NCBI RefSeq assembly: GCF_001194135.2
Contig: NC_068987.1
Location: 50,226,798-50,290,797 of the forward strand
Origin: Octopus bimaculoides
Taxonomy: Eukaryota
DNA length: 64,000 bases
Direction: 5' to 3'
Positions 48,396 to 60,727 of the stretch are shown in pieces. The stretch's first letter is position 1. Every line of letters begins with the position of its first letter. The notes below the pieces were generated by a model, which was not told the origin of the DNA, did not search any database, and saw only the letters and a list, made by a program, of their open reading frames with translations. The position numbers were made by a program, and so were the translations under genes.

Positions 48396-49893
48396 AATTC
48401 CAGCATGTTGTTGTGTATTGAACTTCTAAATCAATATATAACAAATACTGTAAATTTGTTTAAATAATTGAAAACTGCCAATCACAGGGCATGCATGAGT
48501 TTTTATGTGAACTTGTCGTTTTTTTAACTATATATTGCAATCAAAATAAACGGGAACACACAATTGATTCCATCACTACAGGATCACGGTTGATGTTGTT
48601 ACTCCTTCTCATGTTCTGCTGTTGGTTGTGCTTCTACTACAGCGAGATAGAAATTCACAGTTTACAGCTATTTGATCTTTGTTCCTATACCTGTGCTTAC
48701 AAAATAAGCAAATTACAAAACTTGACACATAATTTAGAAACCGACTGAAAAAAATTACTCTGCGAGGCCATCCGCATGGAAAACAATAGTCTAGTTGGTG
48801 CTTTCATAGTTTATCCAGTGATTTGTTATAGATTTTGTGAAAGTTTTCTCTCACACAGTCGGATTCCATTTTTCTTATAAAAGTTCAGTATTGCTTGATT
48901 TTTCTGCTTTTTTTTCTCAACTTCTCTTAGATTAACATTTGAAATCAGAGGAAACTAGTTACAGTCTGCATTGGCAACAACTATTTCATAGAATCCATAG
49001 AAGAGTTTACTCTTCGTTGAGACGAGGAATAACAGTTTTAATATTTCAGCCCAAAATATCGGATTCAATTTTCATAATTTCACTCATCACAGCAAACAAA
49101 CTTTATATAATGCTCACATGAATTCTCCTGTAAGATTCCCTCGTCCTTTCTTGGTATAATTTTTGTTTAGTCTAGATTGTGGATTAAAACATTGATTGTT
49201 CAATCCAATACTTATAATCTTTTTTTCTTTTCCCACCTTCTTCTTTTATCTCTTTTCTGAAGATATAGAAGGTAGTATTAGATCAAATTTTGGGTGTTTT
49301 CCTTTTAAAACATCCTAAGGTTATTTCTCTTTCTTTCTATTCTTCTTTTTAAATATATGATTTGCTTTCATATTTATGTTATCAGCTCTTCACTGAAGTT
49401 TTTAAAATTCTTTCAATCTTTTTTTCTATGTTTATTCCTTTTGAAAGAAATTTTTTTTTATTCTTTTTTAAAGAAAAAAAATTCCTCTTAGGTGAGTTTG
49501 TGTGTGTGTGTTAATTTGAATAAGATCTCATATAGATTATTTCAGTCTGGAAGGGTGTTGTCTGATCTTTCAGTTTGNNNNNNNNNNNNNNNNNNNNNNN
49601 NNNNNNNNNNNNNNNNNNNNNNNNNNNNNNNNNNNNNNNNNNNNNNNNNNNNNNNNNNNNNNNNNNNNNNNNNNNNNNNNNNNNNNNNNNNNNNNNNNNN
49701 NNNNNNNNNNNNNNNNNNNNNNNNNNNNNNNNNNNNNNNNNNNNNNNNNNNNNNNNNNNNNNNNNNNNNNNNNNNNNNNNNNNNNNNNNNNNNNNNNNNN
49801 NNNNNNNNNNNNNNNNNNNNNNNNNNNNNNNNNNNNNNNNNNNNNNNNNNNNNNNNNNNNNNNNNNNNNNNNNNNNNNNNNNNNNNNNNNNNN

Positions 49894-49941
<48 letters not shown>

Positions 49942-50420
49942 GTCTCATAAATGATAGGACACATTTTACTTATTATATATTATACACTTTTATCATCATT
50001 ATTGGACACCGTGTGTGTACCCTTGTCAAGACATCACTTGGTGTTTGTAAATGTGCATCATCATCATACAAACAAAGTTGCTTGTTTCCAGTCTTTCATG
50101 AAAAATATGTCTAGCTATGAGAAAATATTACCTTGCTTCAAATCAGGTGAAAGTTGGTGACAGGAAGGGCATAGAAAATCTGCCTCAACAAATTCCATCT
50201 ATGGAAAAATGAATGCTAAATGATGAGAGCGACATGTGTGTGTGTTACTCTTCCGTTATTCTCCCCTGCTTTCTTTCTTCTTTGTAAGTGTTCTGTTATA
50301 TGACCTTTTATATCCTCTCTAAAGATTAATTTGTATGTTTGTTTTTTTCTTTCACATCTGAATTGTTAATCCTTCCCATGCTCTTTTTATTCTATCGGTC
50401 AATCTTAAAATTTCATTTAA

Positions 50421-50635
50421 CCCTTTAGAATTCAAACTAACTATATCTGGCCTAAATATTCTACCAGTTTTATGTTAAAACTGGCCAGATCTGGCCTCTC
50501 AGACCTATCCTACATTGTCATTCTAAAATTAAGCAGTCACAGCATGAAAATCTTTCGGCTATAATTCATGATTAATTCAAAATAATGTGAATAAATAAGC
50601 ATTACATTTGAGAGAGTAATCTGAATGCTAAAGGG
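50421..50635 (+). mobile_element. piggyBac-like MITE family P2
   Basis: TTAA (50417-50420) | CCCTTTAGAATTCA ... TGAATGCTAAAGGG | TTAA (50636-50639); TIR 13/14 match. Confidence 0.88.
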
Positions 50636-50823
50636 TTAAACTTGAAGTAAATATCACCCCTACCACAACAGAAAACCCCATATCCTCCCAGAACAAAAAA
50701 GATGAAAAAATATCTTCCACTAAACAATATTTGTGTCTTATTCAATAGAAGCTATTTTCAAGGTCCAATACACTCTCAATCAAATAATTACATTTTCTCA
50801 TTTCTTTCATATCTGTTTTTCAG

Positions 50824-50896
50824 TCAGCAATTGAAGGAAAACTGAAGCAAGCTAGTGATTGGCTACAAGATCCAGCAGCTTTGGTTGGCAGTGCAG
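50824..50896 (+). CDS. VCL: Vinculin exon (SAIEGKLKQASDWLQDPAALVGSA-G)
   Basis: tttttcag|TCA...GCAG|gtaaaa; 73 nt, phase 0-1; resembles human [24 protein letters not shown]. Its phase does not match the preceding visible exon (see finding). Confidence 0.93.
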
Positions 50897-51549
50897 GTAA
50901 AATTCTTTAAAATTACTATTGTTGTTGATTCATTTCTTTCTACTACTGTTGTTGTTATTTGGGATCTTTTTCCAGCATGTGTTTTTCAAGGGAGCTGCTG
51001 GCTACATGTTTACTCAGCCTGCCTGAAATCGAAAGTATAACTCCCTCAAATCATACAATACTATCTTAAGTAAAGGAAGGAAGGGATATATTGAGTAATG
51101 TTGTTTACTGCCTGCAAAAAAAAAAAAAAAAAAAAAAATTGTGGGGTGGTTTATGGTTGGATTGCTTTTGACCATATTCTTGCTTGATAAAGGCTGACTT
51201 AGTGCCAAATAATAGCAGCAACTTGTATCAGGTTTTAAGCCTCTTACTGCAAATCAGTGAAACACTTGTGTATTAAACAGTGTTCCTACTGATTATTTTA
51301 TGCTATATGTCAATTTGGGAACTATAGTATCATTAGTTACTGATTCACTGTGTTTCTGACTGCAAGAGTGACAAGGAAGCATTTATAGTTCTGTACGTCA
51401 GTGAATTTAAACTGAAGAGCATTTTTCATCTGCTTTTTCTATGCTGACATGGGTTGGAAAAGACTTTTTTAGGCAATATTATATGGTTGAATACCCCAGA
51501 TCCTGACACCTAACATTATCTTGTTCCAAGTCAAATAAAATACTCTCTA

Positions 51550-51590
<41 letters not shown>

Positions 51591-52009
51591 CACACACATG
51601 TATATGTACATGTACATATACATGTACATACACACACTTGTATATACAATGGGGTCCCACACAGTTTCTGGTCTTTCAAAATATTAGTGAGCTCAAGACT
51701 ATGATAGAGACACTTGCTCAAAGTGTTATACTGTTGGATCAAAGCCAAAACTACATGGTGTACAGCCATATGATTCTGGGTTTGGACTTCTTAACCATAC
51801 AACCATGCCTATGTACAGTGATAGTAATAGATGGAAGTGTTAGTATTACAAATGTTTTGAGCTTCTTTCTACCGTTGCTACTAGGAGCTGGCACTACAAG
51901 AAGGAAGAACTAAAGAGCTAAACTATCACTATTGTTGGTATTGTTTGTAATACTTTATTTTTGTTTCATATGTATTTAATTAATTTATTTCTTTTATTAT
52001 TTACTTCAG

Positions 52010-52158
52010 GTGACAAAGCCCTCCATCAAATTTTAGAAGATGCTCGGAAAATTGCTGATAGGTGTGCTAATCCTGCTGAGAGAGATGCCATCATACGTAA
52101 TGTGGGAGATATTGAATCCATGGCAAATAGTTTGGCTGAACTTAGGCAGCAAGGAAAA
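52010..52158 (+). CDS. VCL: Vinculin exon (GDKALHQILEDARKIADRCANPAERDAIIRNVGDIESMANSLAELRQQGK)
   Basis: acttcag|GT...AAA|gtaagg; 149 nt, phase 1-0; vinculin internal repeat. Confidence 0.96.
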
Positions 52159-52868
52159 GTAAGGGAGTCAAATTTAAATTCTGAGTTTATATTTTGATTT
52201 TGTTTTTGTTGATAGTGGTGATGGATGGCTGATGTTGTAGAGTGTCAGGGAAAAGAATTTACAGTATTTTGGCATGTCCCTTTACATTCTCTGCTTAAAT
52301 CTTTCTTGGATCAAATTTATCTTTCATTCTTCTCCCACCCCCAGGGTTGATAAAGCAAGTACCACTAAAATACAGGTGATGACTAAGTCAACTATATTAC
52401 ACATTCAAAACATCTGGCCTCACTGCAATATAATAGTTGTATGCCAGACTGATGGTGGTCTACTAGATTGAATAGAAGTTTAATGAATTGAATGGTGGTG
52501 TGCTGCACTAAATGAATTTTACATTTTGTTTTAAGTTTTTCCTGGGATTGACTTCCTGCATCATAACTTTAGTAAATTAAGTATCATTACAATTCTATAT
52601 TGCTGAGATGAGGAATTTATATTATGTATATTGTTTATATTAGTTGGACAATCAAGATGAGGTGAGCAGTCTAACTAATATAAACAGGATACATAAGTAA
52701 CATTAATATGGCACTGAGTTCTGAGTTGACTCTGTTGCAAATATTCTGGCTAGGAGTAGTCTGAAGATAACTTCCTATCTTCCTTCCATCAGTCTCTGAG
52801 GTTTTGAAAAAGGGTCATGCATGCTGCCTGCCAGCATGGAAAATGGATGTTAAAGGATGATATATGTA

Positions 52869-53884
52869 TGTAGAGAATGACCATGCGAACCAAAGAAGAA
52901 TGGCGACGAATGGAAACAGGCTCCTTTTAACGTGTCGCACGGTTGACACAAAACATATAATATAACATAAGAGTACTTACATGTGAGTTGCGATGAAATG
53001 CCAGCAAGGAAAGAGAGAGACATAATTGTTAAAGATATATATATATATAAAGAGTAATTTTATTAGCGTAGTAAACTGTGTGTCTGTGTGTGCATGCATG
53101 CGGCAATATAAATAACACAAAATGTATGACAGGCCGTCGTGTAAACTAGAGTAGGTATACATAAATATGAGTGTGTGAGTGAATGAGAAATACAGAGCAT
53201 GGATTAAGAGTCCGTAACATAGACGATAAGCATCCTGAACACAAAGATAGGGAAATAGCAGTTCATAGTAGAGAGAATGTCTGTACATAAGATGTTGTGG
53301 CCGAATAGCAGAGCTGAAGTGTCACATGTCGTGAGTAAAGTTGAGCTTCGATGCTGCAACTAGTTACTTGGTACAGAAGATTCTTGCAGGTTGTTCTGGC
53401 TGTTCTTTCGTGGTGGAAACAATCCACACAAACAGTGTTGAGAAGATTCTTGCAGGTTGCTGTTGGTAGTGTGTACGCTGGTGGGGTCGTGTTGGCGCTG
53501 GCGATGAGACTGTAGTAGACAGTAGAACGGTGGTGTTGACGTTGTAGCTGGAAACTGCCTTGAGCTGTGTTCTGTGTGATGGCCAATGACCAGACCTGTG
53601 AGCGGTCTGAAATCGAAGACAAACTGGCGTGGATAAAGCAGGGCTGTTTATGGAGAAAAATGGGCTCCAGAAACAGCAGAAAAACACTCTCTCACGTGAC
53701 CTTAGCAGAAGGCCACATTTGGTCGTATGCACCCTGGCGCGAAACAGAACTGGAGACAAATGCTGTGCAAATAAGAGCCAATCAGGGTAATGGACACAGC
53801 AGGGTCCAAGGCGGGCCGAAAGCTAGATGTTACCTGCTATGTTCGCATTCGTAAATAAATACCCGAGAGAGAGGTTTCACTACA
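52869..53884 (-). mobile_element. Young solo LTR (~1016 bp), probably Gypsy-type
   Basis: Ends TGTAGAGAAT / (rc) TGTAGTGAAA (TG...CA, 8/10 inverted); TA-rich flanks (TGTA versus TATA); many intact CpGs; minus-strand AATAAA at 53059-53064; no coding sequence inside. Confidence 0.8.
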
Positions 53885-53894
53885 TATATATATT

Positions 53895-53956
<62 letters not shown>

Positions 53957-53959
<3 letters not shown>

Positions 53960-54372
53960 GTGCTGTGCGTGAGAAGACCCGGCAAGCCAAGTGAGATTGT
54001 TGCCAGTGCCCCTGGACTGGCTCTTGTGCGGGTGGCACATAAGATGCACCATTTTGAGTGTGGCCGTTGCCAGTACCGCCTGACTGGCCATCGTAGNNNN
54101 NNNNNNTGGCTCTTGTGCGGGTGGCACATAAGATGCACCATTTTGAGTGTGGCCGTTGCCAGTACCGCCTGACTGGCCTTCGTGCGGGTGACACGTAAAA
54201 GCACCCACTACACTCTCAGAGTGGTGGGCGTTAGGAAGGGCATCCAGCTGTAGAAACTCTGCCAAATTAGATTGGAGCCTGGTGTTGCCATCCGGTTTCA
54301 CCAGTCCTCAGTCAAATCGTCCAACCCATGCTAGCATGGAAAGCGGACGTTAAACGATGATGATGATGATGA
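53957..54372 (+). mobile_element. Young 5'-truncated RTE LINE 3' end
   Basis: Starts at the ORF end (YVLCVRRP / YAVREKTRQAK*); ends CATGGAAAGCGGACGTTAAACGATGATGAT; CpGs intact. Confidence 0.85.
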
Positions 54373-54894
54373 ACGATATATATATATATGTGGCTATGTG
54401 GTTGAGTAGTTTGTTTTTCAGCCATGTAGTTTTGGTTGCAGTCCCATTGTTTGACATCTTGGACAAGCATCTTCTATAGACCCAGAATGACCAAAGCCCT
54501 GTGAGTGGAATTGTTAGGTGGAAACTGAAAGAAATCCATCCTAAATATTTATATGTATTTGCGTGTGTGTGTGTTCTATCGTCCACTTTTTTAAACACCT
54601 ACCATTCAGTCTATCTATCTTTCTGTCTATATATCTCTTGCATCTTTAAATAGACTGTAGTAACTGTTGTTAGTGCAGTCACATCTGCGAATTACCTTAA
54701 TGCTAAGCAGTTCTATATGCCTTTGCCAACAAATGTACCACCATATACATTTAAATAATATTAATGTGCTAATTGTATATAGTGCTCAGGTGCACTACAT
54801 CTCATTAGAAAAGGTAAGAAGATGGAGCAAAAAGCAGCCATAAGCCCAATAAAAACAGCAATGCAAGCTAGAAGTTCATGCACAGTACACAGGA

Positions 54895-54931
<37 letters not shown>

Positions 54932-55894
54932 ATTAAAAGAGCCACAAAGAAGAAAAGTTGCACAGGCATATCAAGAATTGTGTTGGCAAATTTTGGAAAG
55001 CGTGGAATTTTTGAAGGATGCAATGCCCTGACAGCTAATGACTGACAGTTTAATTCATGCTTCAAGAATTCTGAACTTGAAAAAAATGCTTCCAACAATC
55101 ATGGGTGCTACACTGTTTTTTGATTCTATAAGCATGATCTATGAGTGATAAAAGTACTGAATTTTAAAAGGCTGCTGAAGTTGGGAAGATGGTGAATAAT
55201 CTTGTGAGCTCCTACCAAATCAGCTACTAGATGTCAAAACTCTAGTGTGTTGATTCCTAGAGAAGCATGACTTTCAATCTTGAAAATCATGCTTCTCTAG
55301 GAGGGGAGGTATTTGTCTCGTGTGTCTCTGGACAGTTTCCAGCAGACCAATATTCTGAATAAAATGCGTTTTCCAGACTGTTTTCATCACATGTATGATG
55401 TAGGCAAAAACCACATTCAGGTCAGGTCAGAGTTGTTTCCCTTACTTACCAGTGCAAATATTATTAGTGAAAATAATATTAGTCAATAATAATAATATTT
55501 ACTGTCTATTTTTCTGTATCACATTTTGCTAAAAATTTTAATGCTCCCTGTTTTGAGTATATTAATACTACCTTACCTGTTATTTTACTTATTGGTCTAT
55601 CTATTTCTCATTGCATCCATTCATTTGTCTCTTTTTCTTTTACCTTCATTCTTTCTTTTGTGTGTGTTACACACACACATACACATACATATGTGTCTGT
55701 TTATTATCTGTGCATTTACATGTCAGTCTATTGCTCTGTGTAGCTATTGCTCTGTGTAGCTATTGCTCTGTCTGTTCACCTTTCTGTCTTGTCCCACTAT
55801 CTGTTTATCTCATTGTTTCCCATTTTTTTGTCTCTCTGTCCACCTTACTGTTCCTCAGACAATCATCCTCAGTTCAAAATATCATTATTAATTA

Positions 55895-56084
55895 TTGCAA
55901 GCTGGCAGAATGTTAGCACACCGGGCAAAATGCTTAGTGGTATTTCATCTGTCCTTATGTTCTGAGTTTGAATTCTGTTGAGGTCAACTTTGCCTTTCAT
56001 CCTTTCGGGGTTGATGAAATAAGTACCAGTTGAATACTGGGGTCGATGTTATTGACTTACCACCTCCCCCAAAATTCAGAAAGG

Positions 56085-56125
<41 letters not shown>

Positions 56126-56725
56126 GAAGGCAGTGAGCTGGCAGAATCGTTAGCACGCTAGGTGAAATACTTAGCGGTGTTTTGTCTGTCACTATGTTCT
56201 GAGTTCAAATTTCACCAAGGTCGACTTTGCCTTTCATCCTTTTGGGGTCAATTAAATAAGTACCTGTTATACACTGGAGTCGATGTAACTGACTTACTCC
56301 TCCTCCCAAATTTCAGGCTTTGAGCTTATTGTAGAAAGGATTATTATTATTATTGCAGGCTGGCAGAATCCTTAGCATATGGACAAAATGCTTAGTAACT
56401 TTTTATCTGTCATTATGTTCCGAGTTCAAATGTTCCTGAGGTTGACTTTGCCTTTCATCATCTTGGGGTTGATAAAATAAGTATCAGTCAAGTGCTAGGG
56501 TTGATATAATTGATTAGCCCCCTCCCTCTAAATTTCAGGCCTTGTCACTATAGTAGAAAGGACTATTGTTACTATTGACTGAATCAGAAGGGTATCTAGT
56601 CCTGTCCATTTACATTGTGAATTCAAACCTAACCAATGTTCATTTTACCAGGAGTGGGGAAGTGTTAGTAAAATAGGTACCAGTTGAGTAATAGAGTTAA
56701 CCTCCCCCAAAGTTTATGACCTTGT
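55895..56725 (+). mobile_element. Third family-B SINE array (4 head-to-tail plus copies)
   Basis: Copies start ~55895, 56126, 56357 and 56575 (decayed), the first two each followed by an (ATT)n tract. Confidence 0.88.
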
Positions 56726-56817
56726 GTTTATATATATATATATATATATATATAAAATCAATTTTATAATCATTATTAAAATTTTAATTTACATATTGTT
56801 TGTTATAAATTTTTCAG

Positions 56818-57010
56818 GGTAGCAGTCCACAGGCCATGGCTCTAGCCAGAGAAATCCAGAATAAACTTGGCAGTTTGCAGCAGTTAACCCAGCTGGGAAT
56901 TGCTAACACAGAACGTAGTGGGATCCGTAAGCCTGCTCCTACAGTATCTGGCAAGGTAGAACAAGCCCAGAGATGGTTAGCTAATCCAGGACTTGATGAT
57001 AAAGGACTTG
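56818..57010 (+). CDS. VCL: Vinculin exon (GSSPQAMALAREIQNKLGSLQQLTQLGIANTERSGIRKPAPTVSGKVEQAQRWLANPGLDDKGL-G)
   Basis: ttttcag|GGT...CTTG|gtaagg; 193 nt, phase 0-1; GKxEQAQRWxxNPxxDDxGxG motif. Confidence 0.97.
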
Positions 57011-58121
57011 GTAAGGACATGTTTTTACTTATTTTATTTTATTTGATTTACACCACTAACATTAGCCTAATATATTTATTGTAAGGGTTGCTATTTTGTT
57101 AAATTGGACATACTTAATATTGTTGGCTTTGGTAACTTGGAAACTCTCATTGAATCAGGTAGCTTAGCTCCAGCTTATCTTAAGTTCTATTTTTTTCATC
57201 AGCCTTATAGGAATGTTTGTCACTATTAGTATTATTAATGTTGAGAGTAAAGCAACAAAATTTGCTAGAACATCAGAAAAAACGTTCTGTGGTATGTGTC
57301 TTGGCTCTTTATGTTGTAAGTTCAAGTCCCTCTGAGATCAACCTTGCCTTTCATCCTTCAAGAGTCAAAATAAATTTCCTCTCAAGCACTGTGGTCAGTG
57401 GTATTGGCTTATTCCCTCCCTGCTTCTCTCAAAATCGTTGGCTTTGTGCCTAAATCAGAAACACTTATTAATGCAGAAAGAAAGATGGTGGAGTTTCGAA
57501 ATGTTGGACTCAATAGCTAAATATATTTCATTCTGTCCCCATAAGTTCAACTATCATTGGGATCTATTTGAGCTTTCATCTTTCTCAGTTACCCTAGGTC
57601 AGTAAATAATCATCAATCATACTAGTTATAAACTGGTGTTGATTTAATTGTCTGTATATCTCATTTACAAATGTATGGCTTTGGTATCATTATTGATGCT
57701 AACCACATTTTCATTGAAATACACTGCTTCTGTTTTCAATTAATATTAAAAATAACAAGGAATTTAATAAACTAACTTTGTCATTATTAACCTGAAGTTT
57801 GGAACATAAGTTAACATGAAATTTTGATAGATTTTAAAATTAGATCACTTTAATACAGGAAGTTTTTATCATAGATCTAAGGATAGCCTTAAGTTTTTGG
57901 TATCAAGAAGATTAACCATTTTGGTACAAGACTTCAAAATTTATTGTTTTATCTTCAGTTTATTTAATTTTTTTTTTTTTAGCAATTTTTTAATACTGCT
58001 TTAAGTCTGAAGCTCTTTAATTTTCTTTCCCTTTCTGTAAGGCCTGAGTAACATTGTATTATTCCTGAGTAACAATTTGCCTATGGTTTTATGTTATTTA
58101 TCTTCACTTTGTGTTATCCAG

Positions 58122-58267
58122 GTGAACAAGCTACACGCATGGTTGTTGCTGATGGGCGCAAAGTGGCCGAATCCTTGACTGGACCACAAAGAGCAGAGCT
58201 CCTTCGTCTTTGTGATGAGACTGAAATATTAACCAATCAGTTGGCAGATATGATCCGAAGGGGACAG
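58122..58267 (+). CDS. VCL: Vinculin exon (GEQATRMVVADGRKVAESLTGPQRAELLRLCDETEILTNQLADMIRRGQ)
   Basis: ttatccag|GT...CAG|gtaatg; 146 nt, phase 1-0. Confidence 0.96.
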
Positions 58268-59006
58268 GTAATGATACTATCTGGAAATCTTGCCTTTAAT
58301 ATTTTTATAGTATTCTATGTGTTCTTCGTTTTTTTATTTTTTTTATCTCTATGACAATCATTTAACTAATCTACCACCCTAAGTCTACTTTGGGTAGTTG
58401 AAATAATCTGTAGCTTGCGTGCCTTTTATGGAGTCCATTCTGTTGCAATCATTCGGGGCAGAGATCTCTGGTTGGAGATAACTTGATTGTGACTCTATAT
58501 CTATGTTAGAAATTATTATTAGCTTTGTCAAGGTAGTGGATTAGCTGAATCATTAGAATATTGCAAAAAATGCCTTGTGGTATTTCTTTTGGTTCCTTGT
58601 GTATTGATTCAAATCATGCTGAGGTCACCTTTGCCTTTCCTCTTTTTGCAGTTGATAAAATGAAATACCTTCCAAGTACTGGGGTCAGTGTTATTAATTA
58701 ACACCCTCTTCTTTAAAGAATTGCTATCCTTGTACCTAAATTAGAAACCATTATGCCATTATTAACAAATTGATAAAAAAAAAAAATGGGTTCTTTTGGG
58801 TTTCACATTTCATAAAAATTATGTTAAATTCTTTCTGGCCTTAGGCTACTTTTCTGAAAGATAAAAAAGCAATGTCAAACAGATAAAAATGCTAGTTGTA
58901 ATCAGATTTAAATTCAATTTTCATATACTTTTGTATGTTTTTTGTTTTCAACTTCAAAAAAAAAAAAATTGATATTACTAATATTTATATTTTTTAAATC
59001 AATCAG

Positions 59007-59099
59007 GGTAATACTCCTCAAGCTCAAGCATGTGCACGCCACTTATCTGAGAAGTTACATGCTCTGAAGAACAAAATCGGTGAAGGCCTTGTTAATCAG
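59007..59099 (+). CDS. VCL: Vinculin exon (GNTPQAQACARHLSEKLHALKNKIGEGLVNQ)
   Basis: aatcag|GGT...CAG|gtattg; 93 nt, phase 0-0. Not in the ORF track; found by reading splice sites and by homology to human [30 protein letters not shown]. Confidence 0.93.
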
Positions 59100-59646
59100 G
59101 TATTGTCAGTTATTCACAAAACTAAATGTTAATTTAAACTTTTTCTACCATTCTCATCTCCAACACAATCCTCAGAATTTATTCCTAAAACCAAATGGAA
59201 TATTTCAAAACACAGATATCAAAATAAATGTCATATATTTGAAAGTAATAATGTTAAGTACAATAATATATCTGAATGTAATAGCATCAAGTTGCTGAAG
59301 CTTGGAACAAACTACCTGCATCAGTTGTTAGTTACCGAGACATTGTCTCCTTTAAAACCTCCATGCTTCCTGAAATTCACCAAAACTACACCTGATATCT
59401 CCCTCCATATGCATGCACACATATATACCATGCCTCATACACTGTTCACTTACCTAACTTTTGTACATAATTCTATGTACTGTACATGCACCTTTGATGA
59501 GTTGTAGTGCACCTGAGCACTATACACAATTAGTTCATTATTATATATANNNNNNNNNNNNNNNNNNNNNNNNNNNNNNNNNNNNNNNNNNNNNNNATGT
59601 ATGTATAAAGGTAACAACATTGCATGATAATCTACCCCTTCTATAA

Positions 59647-59802
59647 CAGTGGTGGACCCAAGGAGGGGCCTGAGGGGCACGTTCCCCCTTCAAAAAAAGA
59701 AGTGCAACCTTCTAAATAATGTTATTATGCCCTTTTCTCCTGGAATTGTATTCCCTTCTGACCTTGTACCCTCCGTTTGAAAAATTCCTGGGACCACGCC
59801 TG
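59647..59802. mobile_element. Possible small GC-ended MITE
   Basis: Imperfect TIRs CAGTGGTGGACCCAAGG / CCTGGGACCACGCCTG; no convincing TSD. Confidence 0.4.
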
Positions 59803-59884
59803 CATACCATTGTCTTCAGACATTTTACCAATGAATTGGTTAATAGTAATAATTTAATATTTTCTTTTTGTTTTATTACAACAG

Positions 59885-59954
59885 GTGGCAGAGGACTTCA
59901 TTGATATGACCACCCCTCTGAAGCAGTTGAGTGATGCTGCAGTTGTTCCTCTTG
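59885..59954 (+). CDS. VCL: Vinculin exon (VAEDFIDMTTPLKQLSDAAVVPL-G)
   Basis: ttacaacag|GTG...CTTG|gtaagt; 70 nt, phase 0-1; resembles human [22 protein letters not shown]. Confidence 0.94.
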
Positions 59955-60727
59955 GTAAGTTCTAATAACAGCTGTTGAATCTTTCTGAGTGTGTGTGTGT
60001 GTGTGTGTGGTTTTGAGCTGGTCAGTGAATGCTTGGTATAATGGCTTGCATTTTGATAAGAACTGCTACAGTTGTCTCAGGAGGGGTACAAATCGGAACT
60101 GCATCTCATCTATGCTAATTTTCATCCTAATTAATTGTTATATAATCCTTTGCAGTCATGACTGTGTGGCTAGGAATTTGCTCTCCAATCATGTGGCTTT
60201 GGATTCTTCTCCACTGTATAACACCTTGAGCAAGTGTCTTCTATGGCTCCTGGCTGACCTTGCGAAAGAATTTGGTTGGTGGGATATATATCTATCACAC
60301 ACACATATATACATATGTGTGTGACATATATATTTCATCACTCCTTGCATGCATGTATATGGGTGTGAGTTTGTTTGTGTCTCCTTGCCTTTATATAGCA
60401 TGATGTTTGTAAATGAGCATCACTGTCATACAAGCAGTGTGGTTGTTTCCCAATCTTCAATCAAAACATGTTTGACTATAGGAAATATTACCATGCTTAG
60501 AAATTGGTGATGGTAGGTCACATGAAGGGCATCAAGCTATTGAGGATCTCTCAAAAAATTCTATCTGATTCATGTAAAGATGGAAAAGTGGGTGTTAAAA
60601 CAATGATGATGATATTAGTATGCTGTCATGTTGCCTAACTGAAACTTTAATTTACCTAATATTCTGGATTATATATTAATATGATAATATCAATTTTTAA
60701 CTTGGATTCTCATCATTATATTTCTAG

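Noticed and set aside
53263-53854. Several 95-131 aa ORFs in the GC-richer block
   Set aside because: No recognisable domains; they lie wholly inside the solo LTR, where higher GC lengthens chance ORFs.
54018-54178. 72-nt direct repeat on both sides of a 10-N gap
   Set aside because: Identical copies flanking a placeholder gap within a repeat family; most likely a contig-overlap artefact.
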